From: Hormiphora californensis
Lineage: Eukaryota; Animalia; Ctenophora
NCBI GenBank assembly: GCA_020137815.1
Contig: CM035351.1
Coordinates: forward strand, 1,612,001-1,676,000
Reading direction: 5' to 3'
DNA: 64,000 nt
Shown: piece after piece, positions 62,081 to 64,000 of the stretch
Numbering within the stretch: position 1 is the stretch's first letter
Layout of the letters: the number at the start of each line of letters is the position of its first letter
Notes under the pieces: model-generated
The model's input: only the letters and a program-made list of their open reading frames with translations
What the model was told of the DNA's origin: nothing
Database searches by the model: none
Made by a program: the position numbers and the translations under genes

Positions 62081-62517
62081 GTGCAGAGGGAGAGGGGTTA
62101 GGGAGAGCTAGAGCTGGGTGTGAAGAGGGAGAGGGTTGGGGATGTTAGGGGAGATGTATATGGGAATTGTTAGATTTTTGGTACTTGTACCCCACAAACT
62201 AGGATACAAGGGACTATCTATCTAGTCATACTGCAACAAATACGAGAACACTAAACATACAATTATTGACAGTACAGGAGCTGTTTTCATTACCTTGTTG
62301 TTTTGCAACACAAGAACACAGCCTGCCCGCTGATATCTTCCCAATTGGTCTATACCGGAGACGCTTAAAGAACCTCCACCTCATTACAAGTTGCAAGAAG
62401 GGGGCTCATTGGCGTGGAGCTGTTACAGGCGTACGATGTTACTTTTTGGGGCATAATCGGTTGCGAGGAGCACAATACTGGATTTAAGTAGAGAATGGAC
62501 CGAGAGAGGGAGAGTGA

Positions 62518-62648
<131 letters not shown>

Positions 62649-64000
62649 AGAGAGAGATAGATAGATTCAAAAAGGATGGGATTGTTCTTGCAGCTCTCTA
62701 CAAAATATTCGAGACTATGTGCCACGAGAGAAGTATGATTGTCCTACCACACCTCCTCTCATAGTGTGAGAGGGGGTGGTAGGTGAGTCACACCGAGACC
62801 ATTATATTCGTGTAATTAATTGTTAAAACCTTCGAGACCCCCCTAAAAATTACTTCGAAAGGAGTACGACTTGTAGAGCGAGTATATTTGGGCTTGACTT
62901 ACAACGCATAAAGAGGACAAGCAGAGAAAGACGTTAAAGAGAATGGGATCTATCAAGCAGAGAAAGAGTTGAATAAATGGGAGATCTATCAAATCAGCCA
63001 TCCAGTGCGAATTGTAATGAAACTACACATAACCAGACCCATCTAATACAGGGTCGACGAAACAACTCGAGACAACGACGCGGTGAGATTATAAACACTG
63101 TTATATTTATTAAATGCTGTGTGTGTATGAGATAGAGACCCCATGTGGTCCAAACATAATGAGCCTTTATGGAGTTTGTTAGCTCGCCATCTCGCATTGT
63201 GTGGCCCTGTGAGGGTTCGTTAGATCAAACTTCGCATATAGCCGCGTACAATATTTCAAAGAGTATCTATAATAGAGACCTCTTTTTTGAGGACCTGTAA
63301 AACTAGTCCACTCTCTACATTTATGAAATCCGCTCTAGCTCAGAGCAATTCAGTGATGGTATATGTGTGTGGGAGGTACTACACATCAATCCGACAGATG
63401 GTTTTATTGCACACATATATGAGTGAAGGGGGGAAGGGTGGAGAGATAGAGACATGGGGAAGGTCCCAATCTCATGAAGTAATGTCTTGTGTGTGTGTGT
63501 GTGTGTGAATAATCAATTGTTCCAAAACGAAAGTAATAATTATACTGACTCGTGAAAACTGGCTGTAGTTGATTGGTGTGAACGGTGGAAGATGAAAGCT
63601 ATATTTCTGATCTAGCTATAACAAGAATCTAACTCTAAAATTGTTTTAGCCACCCACTGTACAACACATCCCACAACTGGGAGAAAGAATCAAGACTGGG
63701 GGAGGAAAATAAATTACCAAAGAGTCCTAGATTTAATGCCACCTGTAGACAACTCTCTCAGTTATAGTTAGTGGCAGCTGGGATCTGCTGCACAGGGCAC
63801 AAGGAAGAAGACGTCACACGCAGAGTGTCATTCAGAATGACGCACTGCTCGGTGGCAGAAAGTGGTCACTGTCTGCCTGTCAGTGGATGGCAATGGAATC
63901 ACTGAATCAGGAATTATGAGCACACGTAGTAACAGGAACCGGAAAAAAAGTAACGGGGTAACCATATGAAAACCAGAGAGAGGGAGAGAGAGAGAGAGAG

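Overview
Gene-dense eukaryotic genomic DNA with GT-AG introns and TC-rich acceptor tracts. The gene style suggests a non-bilaterian animal, possibly a ctenophore (inference only). Host genes in order: SIN3 corepressor (+), UBE2N/Ubc13 (-) whose terminal exon is duplicated, an orphan FxxP-repeat gene nested in it, a tandem YqaJ-domain gene (+), an intronless GPCR (-), an EEA1-like C2H2/coiled-coil/FYVE gene (+) with a nested BK-channel-beta-like gene, a luciferase/4CL-like acyl-CoA ligase (+) with two same-strand ORFs in its last intron, a signal-peptide-bearing carotenoid oxygenase (-), and the 3' part of an unknown gene (-). Mobile DNA: a Penelope-like element with an inverted 5'-truncated copy and hammerhead cores, a 5'-truncated LINE, three G7-ended non-autonomous DNA elements (two nested), and several MITE/hairpin families. 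The most striking patterns are these. (1) A SIN3 intron carries about 32 tandem copies of its own 3' splice site plus exon start, and smaller splice-site-anchored duplications recur across the window. (2) An acceptor sits just upstream of almost every start codon, including same-strand intronic ORFs, which suggests SL trans-splicing. (3) Two unclassified cassettes each combine an AT-hook ORF with iteron-like repeats. Several small frameshifts at homopolymers suggest consensus errors. All coordinates were read by eye; no database searches were run.
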